Source: an uncultured archaeon (GTDB lineage Archaea; Thermoproteota; Bathyarchaeia; 40CM-2-53-6; CALIRQ01). From it: DNA of 64,000 nucleotides. A program made the translations under genes and the position numbers. The stretch is from NCBI GenBank assembly GCA_938042195.1, contig CALIRQ010000009.1:1443-65442 (forward strand), read 5' to 3'. The notes beneath the pieces are model-generated. The model was not told where the DNA came from. It ran no database searches and worked only from the letters and a program-made list of their open reading frames with translations. Each line of letters begins with the position of its first letter. Within the stretch, counting starts at the first letter, position 1. Of the stretch, positions 26,398 to 35,775 are shown piece after piece.

Positions 26398-27285
26398 TTG
26401 GCGGGATTAAAGGACTCTTTCATCCAACCATCCCTTTCCGAGATGGGAGCCGAATTGCTCGCAATATTCCAAAAGCGCCCATATGAACCCCGTTCTTTGG
26501 AATCCTTGGCCAGGGATGTGGGAAGGAACGCTGAGGAGGTGGAGGCGGGGCTTAGGGAGCTTGAGAAATTGGGCCTACTCAGGAGCCCGGAAGGCTATGC
26601 GCTCGATTTGGCCAAAGCTAAGGCGATCGGGATCAAATACGCCCCCGGTGAGGGGCGGATCCAAAGGCCGGACATATCGATAAGGGTGGAGAACGTAGTC
26701 GCGTCCGGCAAGCTCGATCATGAGCTGGACCTCCAATTCATAAGCAGGATCGCCCCGTCGGCGGAATACAGGCCCGAGGTATTCCCAGGCTTGGTCTATA
26801 GGCTGAGGAAGCCGAAATCCGTATCGCTGATATTCTCATCGGGGAAGATCGTCTGCGCCGGGGCCAAGTCGGAGCGCCAAGCCAAGATGGCCATAAATAA
26901 GATCGTGGAGGAGCTGAAGATGAAGGGGATAGTGATCGCCGGGAACCCGGCCGTCCGCATAGACAATATAGTGGCATCGGCCGACTTCAGAGGGCAAATC
27001 GACCTTGAGGGGATGGCCGAATCAAAGCCCAGGACCATTTACGAGCCCGAGCAATTCCCGGCCCTAATATATAGGTCTGACGATCCGAAGGCCGTGATGC
27101 TCGTATTCTCCAGCGGAAGGGTGATTTGCTCCGGGGCCAAGAAGGAGAGGGATGCCAAGCGGGCGCTGTATAAGCTATTCTATGATTTGGCGGAGAGCAA
27201 TTTGATATTCAGGACGGAGCCAACTTATGGAATGATGCCCTCGATAGGGATCCCATCCCCAATGAGGGATGTTCCCCAATTGTAG
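26398..27285 (+). CDS. tbp: TATA-box binding protein with about 95-aa N-terminal winged-helix-like extension
   Basis: Two TBP repeats (IRVENVVASGKLDHELDL...SGKIVCAGAKSERQAKMAI / RIDNIVASADFRGQIDLEG...SGRVICSGAKKERDAKRAL). They are preceded in-frame, with no stop, by LLAIFQKRPYEPRSLESLARDVGRNAEEVEAGLRELEKLGLLRSPEGYALD. Start is TTG at 26398 or ATG at 26443. A minimal TBP from GTG near 26687 cannot be excluded. Confidence 0.8.
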   Translation: MAGLKDSFIQPSLSEMGAELLAIFQKRPYEPRSLESLARDVGRNAEEVEAGLRELEKLGLLRSPEGYALDLAKAKAIGIKYAPGEGRIQRPDISIRVENVVASGKLDHELDLQFISRIAPSAEYRPEVFPGLVYRLRKPKSVSLIFSSGKIVCAGAKSERQAKMAINKIVEELKMKGIVIAGNPAVRIDNIVASADFRGQIDLEGMAESKPRTIYEPEQFPALIYRSDDPKAVMLVFSSGRVICSGAKKERDAKRALYKLFYDLAESNLIFRTEPTYGMMPSIGIPSPMRDVPQL

Positions 27286-27289
27286 AGCC

Positions 27290-28615
27290 TTAGACGCGGT
27301 CCCCATCGGCCCTCTTGACTAAGAAGAGCGGCCCCTCCTTCTTAATTATAATAACCTTATCGCCCCTTTTGGCGGCATCTTTGAACCTTGCCTTCCAAAC
27401 CTCGCCCCTCCACATCAGGAACCCCTCCCCCTCGGCTTGGACGTCGTCCAAGGCCTCCGCGATCTCCCCTACGCCCTCGCTATGAATGGGAGGCTTCCTG
27501 CGGGCCCTGAGGACCTTGAAGGCGACGAAGGCGACGAAGGCCAAGAAGACCCCCGCCGTCGCCCCTATGGCCATTAGGAAAGATATGATCCATTCCTGCG
27601 ACACGGCCCATTTCTCCGGGCTGAGCGAGAGGAATAGGAAGCTCCCCAACAACACGCATATGATGCCTGATGTCCCGAAAAGCCCGAAGCCGGGGGTCAA
27701 GGCCTCGACCAGCAGTAATACGAAGCCTAGCGAGAGGAGGAGGATCGCGCCCAGATCGACTTGGGCCATCCCGAGGCCTATGAGGCCCAATATCGTCAAT
27801 ATAGTCCCGGCTATAATCATCGGGTACACGGCCGTCATCAGGCCGAAGAATATGGCCATGAAGCCGAAAGTGAAGAGCATATAGCCCACCATGGGCTCGG
27901 ATACCACCCTCAGGACCTTCACCCTAAGGCTCGGGGAGAACTCCAGCACCGACGCGCCCCTGGTGCTCAACTTTACCTCGCCCAAGGCCGTCCTGACGGC
28001 CCTGCCGTCCGCCGCTTCCAAGAGCTCCGGCAGGGTCCTAGCCAATATCTCCACGACCCCTTGCCTATGGGCTTCCTCGGCCCCAAGGTTCAGGTTCTTC
28101 CTCACAAAGAGTTCGGCGGCCGTTTCGTTCCGGCCGTGCATCCTCGCCCGCTCGGTCGCGAGCTTCGCGAGCGCGTTTATTACCTTCGTATCGTTCACCG
28201 GGACGCCGGTCGAGGTCACGGGTTGCGCCGACCCAATGACCGTGTGGGGGGCCATTGCCGCCAAATGCGTCGCCAATAGGATATAGGTCCCGGCCGACCA
28301 AGCCTTCGCCCCCTCCGGGTACACATATCCAATGAAGGGCGTATTCGATGCGGCTATCGCATCCATTATGCCCATCATGGAGTCCACGAGCCCCCCAGCC
28401 GTGTTCAATTGAAGGACTATCGCCCCAGCCCCAACTTGGGATGAGTACGATATGGCCTCCTTCACGGCCTCATAGCTCGCCGGCGTTATGGTCTCCTCCA
28501 GCCTCACGAGGAGGACCCTAGAGCCATAGGGAGCGGCGAGGGGATGGGGAACGCGCGCCGCCGAGATGAATGCCAAGAACAGGAGTATGGCTATTGGCTT
28601 GGCCTTACCATTCAT
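27290..28615 (-). CDS. NfeD-family membrane-bound ClpP-class serine protease (stomatin operon partner)
   Basis: Signal/TM, ClpP-like domain, multi-TM middle and C-terminal OB-like domain. The neighbouring stomatin gene overlaps its start region (28612..28615). Confidence 0.8.
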   Translation of the reverse strand: MNGKAKPIAILLFLAFISAARVPHPLAAPYGSRVLLVRLEETITPASYEAVKEAISYSSQVGAGAIVLQLNTAGGLVDSMMGIMDAIAASNTPFIGYVYPEGAKAWSAGTYILLATHLAAMAPHTVIGSAQPVTSTGVPVNDTKVINALAKLATERARMHGRNETAAELFVRKNLNLGAEEAHRQGVVEILARTLPELLEAADGRAVRTALGEVKLSTRGASVLEFSPSLRVKVLRVVSEPMVGYMLFTFGFMAIFFGLMTAVYPMIIAGTILTILGLIGLGMAQVDLGAILLLSLGFVLLLVEALTPGFGLFGTSGIICVLLGSFLFLSLSPEKWAVSQEWIISFLMAIGATAGVFLAFVAFVAFKVLRARRKPPIHSEGVGEIAEALDDVQAEGEGFLMWRGEVWKARFKDAAKRGDKVIIIKKEGPLFLVKRADGDRV

Positions 28616-29526
28616 CGCTTGACCTCCCCCTCCTCCTTCGGCTTCGCGGGCGCCAGCGCCACCTGCTTAGCTATGCCCAAGGCGGCCGCGATATCCGAGA
28701 AGGTCGAGGGGGCTATCACTATCATGTTCCTCTCCCTGGCTATTTCGGTGAGCGTTTGGAACTCCCTCAGCCTGATGGCCAAGCTGGGATCCCCATACGC
28801 CTTCGCGGCCTCCGCCAGGATCCTCGAGGCTTGCTCCTCGGCTTGAGCCACTATTATCCTGGCCCTCCTCTCCCTCTCGGCCTCCGCCTGCTTGGCTATT
28901 GCCCTAAGCATCGCCTCGGGGAGGCTGACGGCCTTTATGGTTACGTTGGCGACCTTTATGCCCCAAGGATCTGTCAATATGTCCAGTATGGAGGTGAGCC
29001 TCTTGCTCAGTTCCTCCCTCTTCGAGAGCAACTCATCCAGCTCCGATTGGCCCAATACGTCCCTGAGGGTCGTCTGGCTGAGCAGGTTCGTCGCGAGCAT
29101 ATAGTTTTCGACGTTCACTATGGCCTTTGTGGCATCCAGGACCCTATAGTATACAACGGCATCGACATCCACGGTGACGTTATCCCTCGTCACGATCCTT
29201 TGAACGGGGACATCAATCGACTTTATCCTCAAATCGACCTTCACCAGCCTATCGGCCAAGGGGATCCTCAATATCAAGCCGGGCCCCTTGACCCCGGCGA
29301 GCCTCCCGACCCTGAATAGGACGACCCTTTCGTATTCCCTAACGACCTTCACGGAAGCGAGAATCAACATGAGCGCGACTGCGAAAGCCGACATCCATGG
29401 TAGGTATTCTAGGACCGGGGTGAAGCGGAGGGGCATCAGGGATGCCAATACTATCAATAGCAATATCAATAGGACTATCGCCCACCCTACTACTGCCCCG
29501 GAGGGCTCCCTCCTAATGCTCTCCAT
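28612..29526 (-). CDS. stomatin/prohibitin (SPFH, band 7) family protein
   Basis: N-terminal TM helix followed by an SPFH domain (EYERVVLFRVGRLAGVKGPGL...) and coiled-coil tail (ARIIVAQAEEQASRILAEAA). Confidence 0.85.
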   Translation of the reverse strand: MESIRREPSGAVVGWAIVLLILLLIVLASLMPLRFTPVLEYLPWMSAFAVALMLILASVKVVREYERVVLFRVGRLAGVKGPGLILRIPLADRLVKVDLRIKSIDVPVQRIVTRDNVTVDVDAVVYYRVLDATKAIVNVENYMLATNLLSQTTLRDVLGQSELDELLSKREELSKRLTSILDILTDPWGIKVANVTIKAVSLPEAMLRAIAKQAEAERERRARIIVAQAEEQASRILAEAAKAYGDPSLAIRLREFQTLTEIARERNMIVIAPSTFSDIAAALGIAKQVALAPAKPKEEGEVKR

Positions 29527-29616
29527 AAGAACTCCCTTTTTCCCTTAAAGACTTTGCATACCTCTATAAAAACCCGATGGGAGGGCTTTTATAATGGTCT
29601 TTTGGAAGTAAAGGCC

Positions 29617-29967
29617 ATGTCGGTTGTTAGGGAACGCGAAGTCGATTTTTGGGAGGTCCAGCCTGGGCTGAGGGGGAAGGTCCTCGCGATTGGGGAGAGA
29701 TCCATGATGCTATATGGCGTCTTGGAGGAGGGTGCAAGCTTCCCCGAGCATAGCCACCCCCATGAGCAGATCGGGTTCTGCCTTAGGGGGAGGGCCGAGT
29801 TCAAGATAGGGGAGGAGATCGAGCTGGTTGAGGAGGGATCCTCATATTGGATACCGCCGAACTCGCCCCATTACGTTAAGAACGCTGGTAGGGGCGAGTT
29901 CGTGGAGGTCTTCACGCCGCTTAGGGAAGACCTTCTAAGAAGGGGGTTCGATTATCTGAGGCGGTGA
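29617..29967 (+). CDS. cupin domain protein
   Basis: HSHPHEQIGFCLRG...GSSYWIPPNSPHYVKN cupin motifs. Internal ATG of ORF 29554. Confidence 0.6.
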   Translation: MSVVREREVDFWEVQPGLRGKVLAIGERSMMLYGVLEEGASFPEHSHPHEQIGFCLRGRAEFKIGEEIELVEEGSSYWIPPNSPHYVKNAGRGEFVEVFTPLREDLLRRGFDYLRR

Positions 29968-29980
29968 AAGGGGGAGGGGG

Positions 29981-30349
29981 ATGGTGCTGGTCTTCCATGC
30001 CGAGGAGGCGAGGGCGAAGACCTCGGAGGATAAGAGGCGCTCCGAGAGGGAATTGGCTTCTGAGGAGCATGGGGTGAAGAATTTCTTTATCCACCTCGAA
30101 AGCCTAAGCCCAGGGGCGGGCCCCACAGGATATCATTACCATAAGGTCAAGGAAACCGTCTTCTTCGTCCTGAGGGGGAGGGGGAAACTCCTCTTGGAGG
30201 GCGCCGAATACGAGGTGGGGCCGAATCACGTGATCGTTATGAGGCCCGGGGAGAGGCATGGGATCTTGGAGGTATTGGGAGAGGAGGAGTTCGAGTTCTT
30301 GGAGGTAGGTGCCCCTCCTGTGGAGGATAGGGTCCCTGTTGAACCCTAG
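29981..30349 (+). CDS. cupin domain protein (tandem paralog)
   Basis: GYHYHKVKETVFFVLRGRG...VIVMRPGERHGI. Confidence 0.6.
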   Translation: MVLVFHAEEARAKTSEDKRRSERELASEEHGVKNFFIHLESLSPGAGPTGYHYHKVKETVFFVLRGRGKLLLEGAEYEVGPNHVIVMRPGERHGILEVLGEEEFEFLEVGAPPVEDRVPVEP

Positions 30350-30669
30350 GGGGCGGATCGGAGGTGCGGGGAAACCCTCTCCTTCAATAGCCTTTTCAGC
30401 TCGGGATCGTTTCGGAAATAGATGTCCGGTATCCCAAGTACCACGACCTTATGGATGGCCCAAGGGAATTTCTTGGCGATGTACTCCTTATGCATTTCCT
30501 CCATGACGAATATCTTGTCCGCCCAAGCCGCCAAATCTTCCGTCAGGAATCTTGGCGCGCTGGGCGATATCCCGGCCGATTTGGCCTCTAGGCCATCCTC
30601 GTTCCTGAAGAGCTCCTCGGCCGTCGGGCTCCTCTCCATATTCCCGGTGCAGACGAAAAGCACCCTCAA
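30346..30669 (-). CDS. low-molecular-weight protein-tyrosine phosphatase / ArsC-type reductase family
   Basis: VLFVCTGNMERS is a CX5R P-loop. 107 aa. Confidence 0.8.
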   Translation of the reverse strand: MRVLFVCTGNMERSPTAEELFRNEDGLEAKSAGISPSAPRFLTEDLAAWADKIFVMEEMHKEYIAKKFPWAIHKVVVLGIPDIYFRNDPELKRLLKERVSPHLRSAP

Positions 30670-30719
30670 CTCGATCCCTCAGCCCCGATCGCTTCGATCC
30701 CCCCTTAAATTCTCCACTA

Positions 30720-31349
30720 TTAACGATAAAGAGAGGGGCGTGTCCCTACAAATCGGCCTTCAGAGCGATCTTTTTTGAAGTACAGCCCTTCGTTCAAGAA
30801 GGGTATCAGTGCCATCAGGACGGCGCTCTCGGTGAGCTCCTCCCTATCCATCAGCCCCTTGGATAACAACCCTATCGCCCCCTCCCCCCTCCCGATTCCC
30901 TTGATCCCGAAGATCGCGTCGATCGCGCCCTCCACATCCCTTCCCTTCTCGAGCACCTCCTCGATTATGGCCGGCGGCTGCTCGAACCCGGGCCCGCATC
31001 CGAGGGAGGCCCTCCCCGCTCTATCCCTTAGGGCGCACCATTGGAGTTCCAAGTAGCCCGTCAGGGCATTTGGGAAGTGGAATAAGCCGGCCTCTATGCC
31101 CACACCGAAGTCCGCCCCCGACGCCTCCAAGGCCCTAGCGGCGCGGTTCATCGCCCCCCTTATGGTCTCCTCGCCAATCGGTTGCGGGGGCACCCCGGAT
31201 TCTACATCCATCCCGAAGACCACCACCCCAAGTCCTTGGAAGGCCCTCGAAAATGCCCTCTCCGCGGCTCTGATCTTCACGGGATTCGTCGAGCCCACCG
31301 CGACCCGCAGGGGAGGGCCGCGGCGCTCGGGAACAGTGCTATCCTCCAA
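30720..31349 (-). CDS. yjjX: inosine/xanthosine triphosphatase (YjjX/DUF84 family)
   Basis: GSTNPVKIRAA, ESGVPPQPIGEETIRGAMNRA, GIEAG and GRGEGAIGLLSKGLMDREELT align to E. coli YjjX. Confidence 0.75.
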   Translation of the reverse strand: MEDSTVPERRGPPLRVAVGSTNPVKIRAAERAFSRAFQGLGVVVFGMDVESGVPPQPIGEETIRGAMNRAARALEASGADFGVGIEAGLFHFPNALTGYLELQWCALRDRAGRASLGCGPGFEQPPAIIEEVLEKGRDVEGAIDAIFGIKGIGRGEGAIGLLSKGLMDREELTESAVLMALIPFLNEGLYFKKDRSEGRFVGTRPSLYR

Positions 31350-31352
31350 CGC

Positions 31353-32135
31353 TCAAATCCCCAAGTAATCCACCCTAGCTCTCTTCAATTCCTTGAAGTC
31401 TAGTTCTTCTCCGCCCACGACCTTCAGCCTGATCCTAGCTTCGCCGCCCTTTAGATCGATCACGTTATAGGAATTGGCGAAGAAACCCCTCAGCCTTGCT
31501 GAGGATAAGCTCCCGGCGTGGACGATCTCCATTCCCTCAATGCTCCACCTCCAAGGCCTGTGCCTATGGCCGCAAAGGAGGAGGTCAACCCCGCCCTCTA
31601 TCAGGGTTTGGAGGACGTCTCCAGCATCTATTATCGTCAGCCTATCGGGCCCCGTATCCGGTATCGGGAGGAGGTGGTGATGCATCGCGACTATCTTCCT
31701 AATGCCACGGCGCTTGGACAGCTCCCTCTCCAGCCAAAGGCCCTGCCTGTAGCCGACCTCGCCCTCATCCCGATCCGGCCTAGCGGTGCTCAGGGAGATG
31801 AGGACGAATCCATCCCCCTCCAAGATCCGCCTGAAGCCAAAGAACCTCTTGAAAGGCAAGTAGCCGGTCGATCGATAATCGTGGTTTCCGCTCAAAACCA
31901 CGAGCTCCTCGGCCGAGAACCTCTTAATGGCATCCCTGGCCCCCCTCAGCTGGGATATGAGCCCATCCTCGCTCAGATCCCCGGTTATAACCACCAGATC
32001 TGGATCTAGAGAGTTTATCTCCTCCACGGCCAAGTCGAATGCATCGCGTTGGAATTGTGGTCCAAAGTGTAAATCAGAGGCATGGACGATCCTAGTCATC
32101 CCGATTCGGCCCACCGGTCGCCATTGTTCGATCAT
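31353..32135 (-). CDS. metallophosphoesterase (calcineurin-like)
   Basis: IVHASDLHFG, VVITGDLSEDG and GNHDYR motifs. Confidence 0.75.
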   Translation of the reverse strand: MIEQWRPVGRIGMTRIVHASDLHFGPQFQRDAFDLAVEEINSLDPDLVVITGDLSEDGLISQLRGARDAIKRFSAEELVVLSGNHDYRSTGYLPFKRFFGFRRILEGDGFVLISLSTARPDRDEGEVGYRQGLWLERELSKRRGIRKIVAMHHHLLPIPDTGPDRLTIIDAGDVLQTLIEGGVDLLLCGHRHRPWRWSIEGMEIVHAGSLSSARLRGFFANSYNVIDLKGGEARIRLKVVGGEELDFKELKRARVDYLGI

Positions 32136-32162
32136 CGGGCCCCATTCGATCGATCGCCCAGC

Positions 32163-32948
32163 CTAAAGCTTGGAAACCAACCTCAGGATCTGATCGTGGA
32201 TCTTCCCGTTTGAGAAGACCATGTCGCTCCTCCTCGGGACCCATTCCCTCCCCTTGAAATCCGTCGCCATCCCGCCCGCCTCTTTCACGAAGAGGACCCC
32301 AGCCGCTACATCCCACGGATCTATTTGCTCCGTCACATAGGCCTCCGCCCTGCCGCAGGCGACCCATGCACATTCCAATGATCCTGACCCCAATTTCCTG
32401 ACGTCCCTAGCCCTTAAGAGGAGGGCCGCGTTAATGCTGCTTACCCTAGATGCCCTCCTCTCCCCTCCCTCGCAGGCGACCAAATAGCAATCCTTCAACT
32501 TTGAGATGTCCGTAACCTCGGCTGTCCTCCCGTTCACGGTGCACCCGCCTCCCTCCTCGGCCAAGAAGAGCTCCCGGAGGAATGGGGCATATGCTGCGCC
32601 GAATACCGGATCATCGAGATGAAGCAATGCAACCGATATTGAGAAGAAGGGATTCCCAATGGCGTAGTTGCTGCTGCCGTCCAATGAATCAACGACCCAC
32701 GTGAACTCCGATCCCCTATCGATGAAGCCGCTCTCCTCGGTCAATATGTTATGATCCGGAAACCTCTTGGAAAGGGCGGATATCAGCATCTCGTCGATCA
32801 TCTTATCGTACTTTGTCGTTATTTCCTTCGACCTCCCCCTCAGCCTTATCAATGAGTAGTCTTTACAATAATGCCTCATCAGCTCCCTTCCAGCCCTCTT
32901 CACCAATCCAACGATGAACCTTTGCATGGATGTGGAATGGTAGCCCAT
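32163..32948 (-). CDS. suhB: inositol monophosphatase / fructose-1,6-bisphosphatase family (SuhB-like)
   Basis: LTEESGFI, WVVDSLDGSSNYAIGNPFFSISVAL and WDVAAG motifs. Start taken at an internal Met (alternative 32927). Confidence 0.8.
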   Translation of the reverse strand: MGYHSTSMQRFIVGLVKRAGRELMRHYCKDYSLIRLRGRSKEITTKYDKMIDEMLISALSKRFPDHNILTEESGFIDRGSEFTWVVDSLDGSSNYAIGNPFFSISVALLHLDDPVFGAAYAPFLRELFLAEEGGGCTVNGRTAEVTDISKLKDCYLVACEGGERRASRVSSINAALLLRARDVRKLGSGSLECAWVACGRAEAYVTEQIDPWDVAAGVLFVKEAGGMATDFKGREWVPRRSDMVFSNGKIHDQILRLVSKL

Positions 32949-33084
32949 TCGATTAATGTCTTTCGATCCCCGGGCCGTGCCGGGGAGGGTTCCCGCCTCA
33001 TTTGTCAAAGGCCTGCGGGGCGTTCAAAAAAGCTTTTAGATGGGTTATCCCAAAAACTTGAACGGGTGTCGTCTTTTGGAGCTT

Positions 33085-33588
33085 ATGGAAGCGATAAGGA
33101 ATAGGAGGTCGATCCGGAGGTATAAGCCGGATCCGGTTCCCGAGGATAAATTGAAGGCCGTTTTGGAGGCCGCGATCTGGGCCCCGAGGGCTTGGGAGCG
33201 GTGGGAGTTCATTGTCGTCAGGGATGCCGAGACCAGAGGGGAGCTTGCGAAGGCTGCGAAGGGCAGCGAGCACGTTGGGGAAGCCCCGGTCGACATAGTC
33301 GTCTGCTCCAACCTCAAGGGGGCTAAGGCGAGGGATAGGGAGCTATATTCGATCCAAGAGGCAGCGGCCGCCATCCAGAACCTTATGCTGAAGGCCCACG
33401 AAGAGGGGCTCGGGACCTGCTGGGTCTCGGAGTTCAGGGAGGCGGCCGTGGCCAAGGCCTTGGGCATCCCGAGGGGGGTTAGGCCCTTGTCAATAATCTC
33501 ATTGGGCTATCCGGACGAGGCCCCCTCCGCCCCTAGCAGGAAGGATTTGGGCGAAGTGGTCCATTGGGAGAAGTACGGGGCCCGCTGA
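33085..33588 (+). CDS. nitroreductase family protein
   Basis: MEAIRNRRSIRRYKPDPVPEDKLKAVLEAAIWAPRAWERWEFIVV. Internal ATG of ORF 33040. Confidence 0.8.
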   Translation: MEAIRNRRSIRRYKPDPVPEDKLKAVLEAAIWAPRAWERWEFIVVRDAETRGELAKAAKGSEHVGEAPVDIVVCSNLKGAKARDRELYSIQEAAAAIQNLMLKAHEEGLGTCWVSEFREAAVAKALGIPRGVRPLSIISLGYPDEAPSAPSRKDLGEVVHWEKYGAR

Positions 33589-33609
33589 GCGCGCTGGGAG
33601 GGGAAATCC

Positions 33610-34164
33610 TTGGAGCTACGCATCGGCGGGGCTAAGGTAGTCCTTGTGCGGGGCGATATAACCGAGCAGGATGCGGAGGCGATCGTCAATGCCGCGAACC
33701 CAAGCCTCATGGGGGGCGGGGGCGTGGACGGCGCGATCCATCGAAAGGGCGGGCCGAAGATATTGGAGGAATGCAAGCGGATAAGGGCAATGGAATGGCC
33801 CGAAGGCTTGCCAACCGGGAAGGCCGTCATAACGTCGGGGGGAGATTTGAAGGCCCGCTACGTGATCCACACGGTCGGGCCGATATGGCAAGGTGGCGGG
33901 AGGGGCGAGCCGGGGCTCCTCAGGGAGGCCTATTTGAACTCCCTCAAGCTGGCGGTCTCGAGGGGCATAAGGACCATAGCCTTTCCCTCCATAAGCACGG
34001 GCGCCTACGGATATCCAATCGAAGAGGCCAGCCGAATCGCCCTGAGGGCAATCAAGGATTTCCTCGAAGTCGAGGACGGGCTGGATGAGGTGAGACTCGT
34101 CCTGTTCACCGAGGGGGACCTGAAGGTATACGAAGAGGCCGCCAGGGAGGTCCTTAAACCCTGA
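33610..34164 (+). CDS. macro domain protein (ADP-ribose / O-acetyl-ADP-ribose processing)
   Basis: VLVRGDITEQDAEAIVNAANPSLMGGGGVDGAIHRKGGP...ITSGG...IHTVGP...SISTGAYGYP. Confidence 0.85.
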   Translation: MELRIGGAKVVLVRGDITEQDAEAIVNAANPSLMGGGGVDGAIHRKGGPKILEECKRIRAMEWPEGLPTGKAVITSGGDLKARYVIHTVGPIWQGGGRGEPGLLREAYLNSLKLAVSRGIRTIAFPSISTGAYGYPIEEASRIALRAIKDFLEVEDGLDEVRLVLFTEGDLKVYEEAAREVLKP

Positions 34165-34203
34165 TCCTCGGAAGGAATTGGGGCCTCCCTATACCCTTAG
34201 GGC

Positions 34204-35775
34204 TCAGTTATTCCGCATTAAAGTCGAATTTATCGCCTCCAATCGATGGCCAAGGTTTTCCAAAACGATCCTATATATGTGGATCGCAACCGACCTATCC
34301 ACGAATCGATGGACCTTGCTATATTCGACGAAATATCCTATTGGGATCCTTGGATCCGTCAAATCGATCTTATCCCTTCCCCCGGATAGCTCCGGGTAAA
34401 GCCACCAAAGGCTTGAATATGAAGCGTTCTGCCAGACCATGTAACGGATGTTATTATTCAGATACCATTCCCTGAGCCTCTCCCTGCTCCAGCCTTGGGC
34501 GTACCAATGGATCCGGGTGCTCGAGTGGAACCTCCTCGGGTCTATCTTGCTATAGTATATGACCGTGGGGCTGTCTGAGATCACGCCGCCGCCCTCGTAT
34601 ATCGTTGTTAAGGCAAGACCGGCCTCCAATTCCGGCTTGACAACATAGGTCTTAAGCGGGAATATCCAAGCATCTCTCAAGGGCAGAAGCACGATCAACA
34701 GAAGGAGGGCCATGAATAGTGCCTTCTTTATATGCGAGCGTTTCAAGCTCATATCTCCCAAGGGCGATATTGAAAGGATCGAGGTCAGGGGAAAGACGTA
34801 TATCGAATATTTTGGTTCGGGAAGCGAGCCGCCCAATAGGATCTGGGCCCCAAGGTACGCCAAGAATGCCGACTCCAAGATCGCGAGGGTCCTTATTTCG
34901 ATCCTTTTTTTCAGGAGCCCGGCCGCTAGGCCGATCGGGAGGAGCCAAGAAGTCATATTGAGCATTGAGTTGATAAAATTCGTGAGCCTTCGAAAACTAG
35001 GCCCAGCCCTCCCGTAGAAATACCTGATGTCCCACCCTGTCATGGTCGTTTGGATCTTATACCAAGCCAGTGGGTCATTTGTGTTTGCATAGCTCCAAAG
35101 GCACCAACATATTGCAACGGCTCCGACGCAGAGGGCGAAGGCCAATAGCTTCCTAACCCTGAACCTCCGCTGGATGGCCAAGAGAGCCAGCAACGCGACT
35201 GCAAAAAACCACGCATCATATCGAGTCAACATGGCCAAGGCTATGGAGGCGAGGAACGGCACATGCTTCCCTAGCAAGTAAAAGCGGATGGACGAAATTA
35301 CGAGAAGGCAGGATAGGGTTTCGGTCAAGGCTAAGGTATTGAGGTCCACGAACCATGGTTGAAGCGAAAGGGCAGAGGCGGCGGCGATCCCGAGGTCTTC
35401 CCGGCCGCTTAAATTTTTCATGATCGAATAAGCGATCGCGCAAGTTAAAGATCCGAAGACGATGTTCACGGCATGTGGCGCGGTCAGGTCATAGATGCCG
35501 GTCAAATTCATGAGGAATGCGTTTATGTAATGGTATAATGGCAACCAGACTATGCGCATCTCCTCTTTGAAGGAGGTATAGATATAGCCATTTGTGGCCG
35601 TCAAGTAGCTGACCAACCAATGGTGGTAGCTATCGCCATAGTAATCCAATCTCCTGTTGATAATATGCCAAATCCTGATAGAGAGGGCCGAACCGAATAT
35701 GGCGATCGGAATCGCGGCTCGAATAGGGGCCGTCCAACGAAACAAGCTTGCCCTTATTCCCTCATAGGTGCTCAA
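34204..35775 (-). CDS. GT-C fold membrane glycosyltransferase-like protein (PMT/ArnT-like) with C-terminal soluble domain
   Basis: About 11 TM helices. First extracytoplasmic loop RRLDYYGDSYHHW has the acidic pair typical of GT-C enzymes. Confidence 0.5.
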   Translation of the reverse strand: MSTYEGIRASLFRWTAPIRAAIPIAIFGSALSIRIWHIINRRLDYYGDSYHHWLVSYLTATNGYIYTSFKEEMRIVWLPLYHYINAFLMNLTGIYDLTAPHAVNIVFGSLTCAIAYSIMKNLSGREDLGIAAASALSLQPWFVDLNTLALTETLSCLLVISSIRFYLLGKHVPFLASIALAMLTRYDAWFFAVALLALLAIQRRFRVRKLLAFALCVGAVAICWCLWSYANTNDPLAWYKIQTTMTGWDIRYFYGRAGPSFRRLTNFINSMLNMTSWLLPIGLAAGLLKKRIEIRTLAILESAFLAYLGAQILLGGSLPEPKYSIYVFPLTSILSISPLGDMSLKRSHIKKALFMALLLLIVLLPLRDAWIFPLKTYVVKPELEAGLALTTIYEGGGVISDSPTVIYYSKIDPRRFHSSTRIHWYAQGWSRERLREWYLNNNIRYMVWQNASYSSLWWLYPELSGGRDKIDLTDPRIPIGYFVEYSKVHRFVDRSVAIHIYRIVLENLGHRLEAINSTLMRNN

